DNA of 63,827 nt. It comes from an uncultured Oscillospiraceae bacterium (GTDB taxonomy: Bacteria; Bacillota; Clostridia; Oscillospirales; Oscillospiraceae). The notes under the pieces were generated by a model. It was given only the letters and a program-made list of their open reading frames with translations. It was not told the origin of the DNA and made no database searches. Location of the stretch: assembly GCA_964640905.1 (NCBI GenBank), contig CAZXIW010000001.1, positions 1 through 63,827 on the forward strand, in the 5' to 3' direction. The stretch's first letter is position 1, and every line of letters starts with the position of its first letter. Positions 1-9,109 of the stretch are shown here, one piece after another. A program made the position numbers and the translations under genes.

Positions 1-974
1 TCCCACTCGATTGTGCCGATGGGCTTAGGCGTCAGATCGAGCACGACGCGGTTGATACCCTCGACCTCGTGGGTGATGCGGTCGGTGATATGGTGCAGCA
101 GGGGATAGGGGAGCTCTTCGATAGTGGCGGTCATGGCGTCGGTGGTGTTGACGGCGCGGATGACGGCAGGCCAGCCCTCATAACGCTTGCCATCGCGGAC
201 GCCAACGCTCTTGAAGTCGGGCACGGCGATGAAATACTGCCAGACCTTGCCGGCAAGGCCGTTCTTGTCGAACTCCTCGCGCAAAATTGCGTCTGCCTCG
301 CGCAGCGCGTGCAGGCGGTCTCTTGTGATCGCGCCCAGACATCTGACGCCAAGGCCGGGGCCGGGGAACGGCTGACGGTAGACCATCGAGTGCGGCAGAC
401 CGAGCGCCTCGCCGACCACGCGGACTTCGTCCTTATAAAGAAGCTTGACCGGCTCGACCAGCTCCATCTTCATATCCTCCGGCAGACCGCCGACATTGTG
501 GTGCGCCTTCACGCCGTGAGACTCGAGAATGTCGGGGTAGATCGTGCCCTGCGCCAAAAAGTCAATACCTTCCAGCTTCGAGGCCTCTTCGTCGAAGACC
601 TTGATAAACTCTGCGCCGATGATCTTGCGCTTCTTCTCGGGCTCGCTGACACCAGCCAGAAGGTCGAGGAAGCGGTCGGTCGCGTCAACGTAGACAAGGT
701 TTGCGTCGAGCTGGTTGCGGAAGACCTCAATGACCTGCTCGCTTTCGCCCTTGCGCATCAGACCGTGGTTGACATGCACACAGACAAGCTGCTTGCCGAT
801 GGCCTTGATGAGAAGCGCGGCAACAACCGAAGAGTCAACACCGCCGGACAGCGCCAGCAGCACCTTCTTACTGCCTACCTGCGCGCGGACGGCAGCTACC
901 TGCTCGTCGATAAAGGCCTGAGCCAGCTCCGGGGTGGTAATGCGGGCCATGGATTCGGGACGTACATCGCTCAT
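1..974 (-). CDS. Stand-alone GMP synthase ATP-pyrophosphatase subunit (GuaAB-like, no glutaminase domain); last few nt lie beyond the window edge
   Basis: Not in the ORF track. Manual translation from ATG 974 (AGGAGG RBS upstream): MSDVRPESMAR...[11 protein letters not shown]...QGTIYPDILES...HHNVGGLP...[12 protein letters not shown]...KPIGTIEW(E). Confidence 0.92.
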   Translation of the reverse strand, partial: MSDVRPESMARITTPELAQAFIDEQVAAVRAQVGSKKVLLALSGGVDSSVVAALLIKAIGKQLVCVHVNHGLMRKGESEQVIEVFRNQLDANLVYVDATDRFLDLLAGVSEPEKKRKIIGAEFIKVFDEEASKLEGIDFLAQGTIYPDILESHGVKAHHNVGGLPEDMKMELVEPVKLLYKDEVRVVGEALGLPHSMVYRQPFPGPGLGVRCLGAITRDRLHALREADAILREEFDKNGLAGKVWQYFIAVPDFKSVGVRDGKRYEGWPAVIRAVNTTDAMTATIEELPYPLLHHITDRITHEVEGINRVVLDLTPKPIGTIEW

Positions 975-992
975 TTGTTTTTCCTCCTAATT

Positions 993-2534
993 TTACTCCC
1001 ATTCGATTGTTGCAGGGGGTTTACTCGTAATATCATAGACAATGCGGTTGATGCCGCGTACTTCGTTGACGATTCGCGTCGAGACCCGGTCAAGCACGTC
1101 ATAGGGAATTCTTGCCCAGTCGGCTGTCATAAAGTCAGACGTTGTCACGCCGCGAAGAGCCAGCGTATAGTCATATGTCCTGCCGTCTCCCATGACGCCA
1201 ACTGAGCGCATGGAGGTCAGGACGGCAAAATACTGGCTCATCTGGCGGTCAAAGCCTGCCTTTGCGACCTCGTCGCGGAAGATGAAGTCAGCCTCGCGCA
1301 AAATGTCGAGCTTTTCCTTTGTAATATCGCCGATCACGCGCACGGCAAGCCCCGGCCCGGGGAAGGGCTGGCGCATGACAAGCGCCTCCGGCAGACCAAG
1401 CTCACGCCCAAGCGCCCGCACCTCGTCTTTAAAGAGCATGCGAAGCGGCTCAAGAATCTCTTTAAAATCCACATAGTCGGGAAGTCCGCCGACGTTATGA
1501 TGGCTCTTGATGACAGCCGAGTTTCCAAGGCCGGACTCGATGACATCGGGATAGATCGTGCCCTGGACGAGAAAATCGACCTTGCCGAGCTTTTTGGCCT
1601 CGGCCTCAAAGACGCGGATAAATTCCTCGCCGATGATCTTGCGCTTGGCCTCCGGCTCGCAGACGCCCGCAAGCTTTTGCAGGAAAAGCGCCTCAGCATT
1701 GACGCGGACAAAGTTGATATCCCATCTGGAAAAGGCGGCCTCGACCTCGTCGGCCTCGTTTTTCCGCATCAGGCCGTGGTCGACAAACACGCACGTCAGC
1801 TGCTTACCGATGGCCTCGGCCATGAGCGCCGCCGCAACCGAGGAGTCTACGCCGCCGGAGAGCGCCAGCAGCGCGCGCCCATCGCCGACAGCTTTGCGGA
1901 TGGCGGTGATCGCCGTCTGGCGGTAATCGGCCATTGTCCAGTCGCCAGCGGCCTGACAGATGCGGTAGAGAAAGTTCCGGAGAATCAGGCGACCTTCTTC
2001 GGTGTGGTTGACCTCAGGGTGGAACTGCACACCGTAAATCCTGCGCGCCTCGTCGCAGATGCCAACCGTTGGGCAGGCGGCAGAGTGGGCGCAGAGGGTA
2101 AAGCCGTCCGGCACTTTGGCCATGTAGTCGCCATGGCTCATCCAGGTGATGCTTTGCTCCTTCATGCCATGGAAGAGGGCACACGAGGTATCAAAGAAGG
2201 TCTCAGTTTTGCCGTATTCGCGCGCCGTATCGTCCTGCGCGGCAGTGACCCTGCCGCCAAGGTGATGCGCGATGAGCTGGCAGCCATAGCAGATGCCGAG
2301 AATCGGGAGGCCGAGCTTAAAAATCTCCGGGTCGACCTGCGGCGAGCCATCGAGATAAACGCTCTGCGGCCCGCCGGTAAAAATAAAACCGATGGGCTTT
2401 TCCTGCATCAGCTCCGCCAGCGGTGTGGTGCAGGGCTTTACTTCGCAATAGACGTTTGCCTCGCGCACGCGGCGCGCGATGAGCTGGTTATACTGCCCGC
2501 CAAAATCCAAAATCAATATTTTCTGTGCTGCCAT
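993..2534 (-). CDS. guaA: GMP synthase (glutamine-hydrolysing), full length
   Basis: [13 protein letters not shown] and QFHPE glutaminase motifs; SGGVDS PP-loop; [10 protein letters not shown]-terminus; GGAGG RBS before ATG 2534. Confidence 0.97.
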   Translation of the reverse strand: MAAQKILILDFGGQYNQLIARRVREANVYCEVKPCTTPLAELMQEKPIGFIFTGGPQSVYLDGSPQVDPEIFKLGLPILGICYGCQLIAHHLGGRVTAAQDDTAREYGKTETFFDTSCALFHGMKEQSITWMSHGDYMAKVPDGFTLCAHSAACPTVGICDEARRIYGVQFHPEVNHTEEGRLILRNFLYRICQAAGDWTMADYRQTAITAIRKAVGDGRALLALSGGVDSSVAAALMAEAIGKQLTCVFVDHGLMRKNEADEVEAAFSRWDINFVRVNAEALFLQKLAGVCEPEAKRKIIGEEFIRVFEAEAKKLGKVDFLVQGTIYPDVIESGLGNSAVIKSHHNVGGLPDYVDFKEILEPLRMLFKDEVRALGRELGLPEALVMRQPFPGPGLAVRVIGDITKEKLDILREADFIFRDEVAKAGFDRQMSQYFAVLTSMRSVGVMGDGRTYDYTLALRGVTTSDFMTADWARIPYDVLDRVSTRIVNEVRGINRIVYDITSKPPATIEWE

Positions 2535-2629
2535 GGTATCCTCCGTTTGTCCGGCTGCCCAAAGGCGGCGCGTCTGGCCGCCTTCCTCCTGCGCAAACGC
2601 TTTGCGCAGGAACATTTTTTACCTTTTAT

Positions 2630-2658
2630 ATTGTACCAGCCAAATGCATCTGCGTCAA
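2630..2658 (-). promoter_or_regulatory. sigmaA promoter of guaA
   Basis: TTGACG-17-TACAAT with extended TG. Confidence 0.7.
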
Positions 2659-2953
2659 GTCTTTGCAGGATCTGACAAAGGCTTCCGAAAGAAAAAAATC
2701 GCGCGCCGGAAGCGCCCGGCCTCCGGCCGCAAAAGGGGATGGGAAGTGGCAGAATTTATGGAAAAACCAGTCTTAAAATGGAAGATTTTATAAGAAATCA
2801 AAAGTCTTAACGCCCTCTTAACACCCATTAAAGAGATGAAAAAATCCCCGAAAAAAAGGGATTTTCCGGCGAAATTTTGCATGTTTTTGTTCAATTTGTA
2901 TAGATATTTCGGTATCGATAAGGAGATACCTATATAATTCAACAGAAATCCGC

Positions 2954-2982
2954 TTGCGCCCGCGTCCTTTTTATGGTAGATT
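2954..2982 (+). promoter_or_regulatory. sigmaA promoter of riboswitch/transporter copy 1
   Basis: TTGCGC-17-TAGATT with extended TG, just upstream of the aptamer. Confidence 0.55.
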
Positions 2983-3000
2983 AAGTGCGTAATCAATCCA

Positions 3001-3075
3001 CTCTGGAGAGTTTCTTAAGTGAACGCCGAAGGTGTAAGGCGGCCAGCCGCCGATCTCTCAGGCAAAAGGACAGAG
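3001..3075 (+). ncRNA. Glycine riboswitch (singlet aptamer), copy 1
   Basis: CTCTGGAGAG...GCCGAAGGTG...CTCTCAGGCAAAAGGACAGAG consensus elements; sits upstream of an AGCS transporter. Confidence 0.92.
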
Positions 3076-3173
3076 CAAGAAATATTTTGCGACGTCCTTT
3101 CCACGCTTTCGTTCTGCCAGAAGGAAAAAAGAGGAAAGGATGGACGATCGGGGGGTCGTCCGAGGTAAACCCT

Positions 3174-4574
3174 ATGCAGGCAATTATCAATTTCTTCACC
3201 GGCACGCTCAACACGGTTGCATGGCTGTACATTTTCCTGCCGTGCACCATCGCGGGTGGTTTCTACCTGACCATTCGCAACAAGGGACTTCAGTTCACGA
3301 AGTTCGGCTACATCATTAAAAACACCCTGTTCAAGATGTTCAAAAAGCAGGAGGCGGGCGAGGGTGCGGTTACACCGCTGCAGGCGCTGTCCACGGCGCT
3401 GGCTGCAACGGTCGGCACTGGTAACATCGTTGGCACCTCGCAGGCCATCGCCCTTGGCGGCTACGGCGCAGTGTTCTGGCTGTGGCTGGCGGCTCTGATG
3501 GGCATGATGGTCAAATACTCCGAAGTTCTTCTCGCTGTTCGCTATCGTGAGCGCGACGCAAAGGGCGACTGGGTCGGCGGCCCGATGTACTACGTCAAGA
3601 ACGGCCTTGGCAAGGGCTGGCAGTGGGTCGGCGTTCTGTACTGCATCTTCGCAGGTCTGGCCTGCTTCGGCATCGGCAACCTCTCTCAGGTCAACTCCAT
3701 CGTCGGCTCGATCGGCAATGCGGTCAACGTCTTTAAGCCCCTGTCCGACAGCGCAAACCACACTCTGAACCTTGTGCTCGGCATTGTCCTCGCAGTCCTC
3801 GTCGGCTTCATTCTCTTCGGCGGCATCAAGCGCATCGGCGCAGTCGCAGAAAGACTCGTCCCGGCCATGGCAGCGATCTACATTGTTGGCGGTCTGATCG
3901 TTATCTTCACCCACGCCGGCAACATCATCCCCGCATTCGGCAAGATCTTCTCCACCTGCTTCACCCCGCAGGCTGCTGGCGGCGCGGCTGCCGGTATCGT
4001 CCTGAAGGAAACCATCGTCTGGGGTCTTCGCAGATCTGCGTTCTCCAACGAGGCTGGCCTCGGCTCGGCGGCTATCGCGCATGCGGCTGCTGAAACCGAA
4101 GGTCCTGTCCAGCAGGGTATGTACGGCATCTTCGAGGTCTTCGCAGATACCATCGTCATCTGCTCCCTCACCGCTCTTACCATCATCTGCTCCGGCATTG
4201 AGATCCCGTTCGGTGTCAAGCCCGGCTCTGAGCTCATCGCCGCTGCATTCGCAACCGTTTTCGGTGAGAAGGTTGCATCGCTCTTCGTTGCAATTGCTCT
4301 GACACTCTTCGCATTCACCACTGTCCTCGGCTGGGCGCTGTACGGCTCCCGCTGCTGCCAGTACCTGTTCGGTCTGAAGGCTGCTACGGTCTACAAGGCT
4401 GCTTATGTTATCGTCGTCGTCATCGGCGCAGTCGCTTCCCTGAACGTTGTCTGGGACATCGCCGATACGCTCAACGGCCTTATGGCAGTGCCGAACTTCA
4501 TCGCACTGTTCGCCCTGTCGCCGGTGGTCATCAAACTGACCAAGGAATACTTCTTCGATAAAGCAAAGAAGTAA
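3174..4574 (+). CDS. Sodium:alanine/glycine symporter (AGCS family), copy 1, 466 aa
   Basis: ATVGTGNI, GGPMYY and FSNEAGLGS motifs; many TM segments; start moved to ATG 3174 because the longer ORF overlaps the riboswitch. Confidence 0.95.
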   Translation: MQAIINFFTGTLNTVAWLYIFLPCTIAGGFYLTIRNKGLQFTKFGYIIKNTLFKMFKKQEAGEGAVTPLQALSTALAATVGTGNIVGTSQAIALGGYGAVFWLWLAALMGMMVKYSEVLLAVRYRERDAKGDWVGGPMYYVKNGLGKGWQWVGVLYCIFAGLACFGIGNLSQVNSIVGSIGNAVNVFKPLSDSANHTLNLVLGIVLAVLVGFILFGGIKRIGAVAERLVPAMAAIYIVGGLIVIFTHAGNIIPAFGKIFSTCFTPQAAGGAAAGIVLKETIVWGLRRSAFSNEAGLGSAAIAHAAAETEGPVQQGMYGIFEVFADTIVICSLTALTIICSGIEIPFGVKPGSELIAAAFATVFGEKVASLFVAIALTLFAFTTVLGWALYGSRCCQYLFGLKAATVYKAAYVIVVVIGAVASLNVVWDIADTLNGLMAVPNFIALFALSPVVIKLTKEYFFDKAKK

Positions 4575-4591
4575 TGGTTTCCAGGTAAATC

Positions 4592-4622
4592 AAAAGACTC
4601 CGGGGTAACCCGGAGTCTTTTT
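4592..4622 (+). terminator. Intrinsic terminator
   Basis: AAAAGACTCCGGG-gtaa-CCCGGAGTCTTTTT. Confidence 0.85.
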
Positions 4623-4894
4623 GCGTCTGTCAAAAAACTTTTTCAGTTTTTTTGCAGGCAGAAGGCTTCGGGTTCATCCCGGAGTCATTTTTTTGCGTTT
4701 TTTACAGGAAAAGCGCAATTTTGGTGTGTCGGAGGAAGAAAGTGCATAAAAATGTCAGAAAATCTTTTTCCTCTTTTGTTAAGTTCTACAATATTTCTGT
4801 TAAGATTGCGTTAAAAGAAAAATCATTTTTGTCTATTTTGTATATTTTTTATTCAAAATCACGTTTCCTTTTCAACATGTTAAACAGATTTCTC

Positions 4895-4923
4895 TTGCAA
4901 ACCTCGCCATTTTATGTTAAATT
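4895..4923 (+). promoter_or_regulatory. sigmaA promoter of riboswitch/transporter copy 2
   Basis: TTGCAA-17-TAAATT with extended TG. Confidence 0.6.
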
Positions 4924-4942
4924 GTTTGCGTAGTCATTCCAA

Positions 4943-5017
4943 CTCTGGAGAGTTTCTTAAGTGAACGCCGAAGGTGTAAGGCGGTCAGCCGCCGATCTCT
5001 CAGGCCAAAGGACAGAG
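4943..5017 (+). ncRNA. Glycine riboswitch (singlet aptamer), copy 2
   Basis: Near-identical to 3001-3075. Confidence 0.92.
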
Positions 5018-5116
5018 CAAGAAATATTTTTTGCGACGTTCTTTCCAGCTTTTGTTCTGCCAGAAGGAAAAAAGAGGAAAGGATGGACGATCGGGGGATC
5101 GTCCGGGGTAAAACCC

Positions 5117-6517
5117 ATGCAGGCAATTATCAATTTCTTTACCGGCACACTCAATACGGTCGCATGGCTCTACATTTTCCTGCCGTGCACCATCGCGGGT
5201 GGTTTCTACCTGACCATTCGCAACAAGGGACTTCAGTTCACGAAGTTCGGCTACATCATTAAAAACACCCTGTTCAAGATGTTCAAAAAGCAGGAGGCGG
5301 GCGAGGGTGCGGTTACACCGCTGCAGGCGCTGTCCACGGCGCTGGCTGCAACGGTCGGCACTGGTAACATCGTTGGCACCTCGCAGGCCATCGCCCTTGG
5401 CGGCTACGGCGCAGTGTTCTGGCTGTGGCTGGCGGCTCTGATGGGCATGATGGTCAAGTACTCCGAGGTTCTTCTCGCAGTCCGCTATCGTGAGCGCGAT
5501 GCGAACGGCGACTGGGTCGGCGGCCCGATGTACTACATCAAGAACGGCCTTGGCAAGAGCTGGCAGTGGCTCGGCGTTCTGTACGCGATCTTTGCAGGTC
5601 TGGCCTGCTTCGGCATTGGCAACCTCTCGCAGGTCAACTCCATCGTCGGCTCGATCGGCAACGCGGTCAATTCCTTCGCCCCGATGGCAGAAGGTACGCA
5701 GGGCACCTTGAACCTTGTGCTCGGCATTGTCCTTGCCATCATCGTTGGCTTCATCCTCTTCGGCGGCATCAAGCGCATCGGCGCAGTCGCAGAAAAGCTC
5801 GTTCCCGGCATGGCCGCTCTGTACATCATCGGCAGCCTGATCGTTATCTTCACGCATGCGGGCAACATTCTCCCCGCGTTCGGCAAGATCTTTGCAACCT
5901 GCTTCACCCCGAAGGCCGCTGGCGGCGCTGCTGCCGGTATCGTCCTGAAGGAAACCATCGTCTGGGGTCTTCGCAGATCTGCGTTCTCCAACGAGGCCGG
6001 CCTTGGCTCGGCAGCTATCGCGCATGCGGCTGCTCAGACTGAAGGTCCTGTCCAGCAGGGTATGTACGGCATCTTCGAGGTCTTTGCAGATACCATCGTT
6101 ATCTGCACCATGACCGCGCTTACCATCATCTGCTCCGGTATCGACATCGGCTTCGGCGTCAAGCCCGGCTCTGAGCTCATTACCGCTGCATTCGCAACCG
6201 TCTTCGGCCAGAAGGCTTCTTCGCTGTTCATCGCAATTGCGCTGACGCTGTTTGCCTTCACCACCATCCTCGGCTGGGCGCTGTACGGCTCTCGCTGCTG
6301 CCAGTTCCTGTTCGGTCTGAAGGCAGCTACGGTCTACAAGGGCTTCTATGTCATCGTTGTTGTCATCGGCGCAGTCGCTTCCCTGAACGTTGTCTGGGAC
6401 ATCGCCGATACGCTCAACGGCCTCATGGCAGTGCCGAACTTCATCGGTCTGTTCGCCCTGTCGCCGGTGGTCATTAAAATGACCAAGGAATACTTCTTCG
6501 ACAAGGCAAAGAAGTAA
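5117..6517 (+). CDS. Sodium:alanine/glycine symporter (AGCS family), copy 2, 466 aa
   Basis: Close paralog of 3174-4574 with the same length and motifs. Confidence 0.95.
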   Translation: MQAIINFFTGTLNTVAWLYIFLPCTIAGGFYLTIRNKGLQFTKFGYIIKNTLFKMFKKQEAGEGAVTPLQALSTALAATVGTGNIVGTSQAIALGGYGAVFWLWLAALMGMMVKYSEVLLAVRYRERDANGDWVGGPMYYIKNGLGKSWQWLGVLYAIFAGLACFGIGNLSQVNSIVGSIGNAVNSFAPMAEGTQGTLNLVLGIVLAIIVGFILFGGIKRIGAVAEKLVPGMAALYIIGSLIVIFTHAGNILPAFGKIFATCFTPKAAGGAAAGIVLKETIVWGLRRSAFSNEAGLGSAAIAHAAAQTEGPVQQGMYGIFEVFADTIVICTMTALTIICSGIDIGFGVKPGSELITAAFATVFGQKASSLFIAIALTLFAFTTILGWALYGSRCCQFLFGLKAATVYKGFYVIVVVIGAVASLNVVWDIADTLNGLMAVPNFIGLFALSPVVIKMTKEYFFDKAKK

Positions 6518-6534
6518 TCGCTTCCAGGTAAATC

Positions 6535-6568
6535 AAAAGACTCCGGAATTTTTCCGGAGTCTTTTTTT
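6535..6568 (+). terminator. Intrinsic (likely bidirectional) terminator
   Basis: AAAAGACTCCGGAA-ttt-TTCCGGAGTCTTTTTTT between convergent genes. Confidence 0.85.
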
Positions 6569-6614
6569 ATCGAAATGATCTGAATTTTTGCGGCAGGGGA
6601 GAGGCTTTTACGCC

Positions 6615-7382
6615 TCAGCCCTGCGGGTAAATGCAGCGCACGCCGCGCTCGGCAAAATGCCGCAGCCACGCCTCTGACGGCTTCTGATTTGTTACGATGG
6701 CCGCCAGCTCCTCAAAAGGCGTCACGTCTACAAAGGAGACCTTGTCGAACTTGGAGCTGTCGACCACAAGGATCTTCTGCTTGCCTGCGCGGAGCATGGC
6801 CTGCTTGGCCTGCGCGGTAAGCTCATTGGAGTCAGTCACTGCGGCCTCGCGGTCAACACCCTTGCAGGAGACGAAAACCTTGTCGACATGGTAGTTTGCC
6901 AGATACTTTTCACACTGGCTGCCGACCAGCGACAAAGCCTCGGCCTTCAGCCGCCCGCCAGTCAGCAGAATCGTCCACCCCTCGACATTGGCCAGCTCCA
7001 CGACCAGCTCCACGGAGTTGGTGATGATGGTCAGATTTTTCTTTTCGCGCAGCTTTTTCGCGCAGAAGAGCGCCGTTGAGCTGTCGTCGATCATCAGATG
7101 GTCGCCATCGTCGACCAGGTCGCACACCAGCTCTGCGATCTGGTTCTTCGCCTCCACATTGGTCTTGCTGCGGATGGCATGAGAGAGGTCTGTTTTGGTG
7201 CTGTTGCCAAGAATCGCGCCGCCATAGGTCTTGGTGGCAAAGCCTTCTTTTTCGAGCTTATCGAGGTCGCGCCGGATGGTCTCCTCCGTCACGCCATAAT
7301 GAGCGGCCAGCTCACTGACAAGAACGCGCTGCTCTGCGCGGAGCTTTTGCAGGATTTCATTTTTCCGTTCAATCGCTAACAT
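6615..7382 (-). CDS. DeoR/GlpR-family transcriptional regulator
   Basis: VTEETIRRDL HTH and DSSST/ITNS sugar-phosphate domain; start MLAIER at 7382. Confidence 0.93.
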   Translation of the reverse strand: MLAIERKNEILQKLRAEQRVLVSELAAHYGVTEETIRRDLDKLEKEGFATKTYGGAILGNSTKTDLSHAIRSKTNVEAKNQIAELVCDLVDDGDHLMIDDSSTALFCAKKLREKKNLTIITNSVELVVELANVEGWTILLTGGRLKAEALSLVGSQCEKYLANYHVDKVFVSCKGVDREAAVTDSNELTAQAKQAMLRAGKQKILVVDSSKFDKVSFVDVTPFEELAAIVTNQKPSEAWLRHFAERGVRCIYPQG

Positions 7383-7595
7383 GGTTTTTTCCTTTCCGTC
7401 TCTTAGGATTGCAAGTCGTTGCGGGTTAAAATTCACCCACATAAAACAACATTATAATACCACACTCCGACAAAAATTGCAAGCGATAATGCCGAAAAAA
7501 TGTCCAGAAAATGTTATTCTTTCATCCCCCGGAAGCCCCTGCCGGGGGAGGGAAAAAATACTTCTGAAAAACTTCTTAAAATTGCAAAATTTGTC

Positions 7596-7624
7596 TTGAA
7601 AAAGTGGAAAGGGTCTGATAAGCT
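7596..7624 (+). promoter_or_regulatory. sigmaA promoter of MBOAT-DHHW operon
   Basis: TTGAAA-17-TAAGCT with extended TG. Confidence 0.55.
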
Positions 7625-7687
7625 AGAAGACGCTGGCAGTTATGTTAATTATTTATGTAAATCAAATTGGGTGGGGCGCGGCGCGAT

Positions 7688-9097
7688 ATGGTCTTTTCAA
7701 ACTTGATCGTCTTATATACATTTTTACCGGTCTGCATGCTGCTTTATTTTTTGCAGCGTACCCTGCGGGGGAAGAACGCCGTGCTGGTCTGCGCGAGTCT
7801 TCTGTTCTACGCCTGGGGCGAGCCGGTGTATGTTTTTTTGATGCTGGCGGTCGCGGCGCTCGACTGGGGCTTTGGTCTGCTGCTGGAAAGGCGGCGCAGC
7901 CGGTGGCTGCTGGCGCTCTGTGTGGCGCTCAATCTGAGCAGCCTGCTCTTCTTTAAATATACGGGCTTTCTGGTTGAAAATCTGAACGCACTCTTTGGCG
8001 CGGAGCTGGCCGCACCGGAGCTTTCGCTTCCCATCGGCATCTCGTTTTATACCTTCCAGGCGCTCTCCTATGTGATCGACGTCTACCGCAAGGACGTTGC
8101 GGCGCAGCGCTCCTACGGCAAATTCCTGCTCTATGTGTCGATGTTCCCGCAGCTCATCGCAGGGCCGATCGTCCGCTATGTCGACGTTGCCGCGCAGATC
8201 GACGCGCGCAGCTTTGACCCGGAGGATATTTTCCGGGGCGTGACGCGCTTTTGCGTTGGCCTTGGGAAAAAGGTTCTGCTGGCCGACCACTGCGGCCAGG
8301 TGGCCGACCAGCTGCTCGGCGGCTCGTTTACGGGCGCGACAACGCTTTCCATCTGGCTGGGCGCGGTCATGTACATGTTCCAGATCTACTTTGATTTCTC
8401 GGGCTATTCCGACATGGCCATCGGCCTTGGAAAGATCCTTGGCTTCCGGTTCATGGAAAACTTCAAGCTGCCCTATACCGCAAAATCCATTACCGAATTC
8501 TGGCGGCGCTGGCACATTTCGCTCAGCAGCTTTTTCAGAGATTATGTCTACATCCCCCTCGGCGGCAACCAGCGGCATGTCTATTTTAACCTCTTCGTGG
8601 TCTGGGCGCTGACCGGTCTCTGGCACGGGGCCAGCTGGAACTTTGTTTTGTGGGGGCTTTACTTCTTCGTGCTGCTGTGCATCGAGCGGATGCTCCGCGC
8701 CCATCTTGCAAAGATTCCAAAGCTCATCCGCCATCTTGGCACGCTCTTTTTGATTCTTGTGAGCTGGAACATTTTCTATCACACAGACCTCGCGCGCCTG
8801 GGGCAGAGCTTTTCCATTTTCTTTGGCCTCTCCGGCGCAGGCTTTACCAGCCAGACAACGACCATGCAGCTGCAAAACAATCTTCCGCTGCTTCTGGTCT
8901 GCGCCGTCGGCTGCACGGCTATCCCGCAGTTTCTCGGAAACGTGCTTGGGCTGATCTGCGCGGAGAAAAACCCCAATGGCGTGGGGCATAAGGTCTACGC
9001 CGGGCTGGTCTTTCTGTTTGACCTTACGCTTCTGGCGCTGGCAACCATTTCGCTGGCCGGGTCGAGCTATAACGCATTTTTGTATTTCCGCTTCTAG
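7688..9097 (+). CDS. MBOAT O-acyltransferase (AlgI/PatA/DltB-like)
   Basis: LPIGISFYTFQ, IYFDFSGYSDMAIG, EFWRRWHISL, GLWHGA and FLYFRF motifs. Confidence 0.95.
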   Translation: MVFSNLIVLYTFLPVCMLLYFLQRTLRGKNAVLVCASLLFYAWGEPVYVFLMLAVAALDWGFGLLLERRRSRWLLALCVALNLSSLLFFKYTGFLVENLNALFGAELAAPELSLPIGISFYTFQALSYVIDVYRKDVAAQRSYGKFLLYVSMFPQLIAGPIVRYVDVAAQIDARSFDPEDIFRGVTRFCVGLGKKVLLADHCGQVADQLLGGSFTGATTLSIWLGAVMYMFQIYFDFSGYSDMAIGLGKILGFRFMENFKLPYTAKSITEFWRRWHISLSSFFRDYVYIPLGGNQRHVYFNLFVVWALTGLWHGASWNFVLWGLYFFVLLCIERMLRAHLAKIPKLIRHLGTLFLILVSWNIFYHTDLARLGQSFSIFFGLSGAGFTSQTTTMQLQNNLPLLLVCAVGCTAIPQFLGNVLGLICAEKNPNGVGHKVYAGLVFLFDLTLLALATISLAGSSYNAFLYFRF

Positions 9098-9109
9098 GAG
9101 GCAGGACAC

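Noticed and set aside
2535-2625. Possible purine riboswitch in the guaA leader
   Set aside because: Two hairpins are present, but the conserved aptamer core (UAUAA...GUUUCUACC) is absent
2985-3173. N-terminal extensions of the AGCS ORFs (also 4961-5116) and of pheS, gltX, spoVAE and phoH in the ORF track
   Set aside because: They run through riboswitches, leaders or neighbouring genes; downstream starts have proper RBSs and match family N-termini
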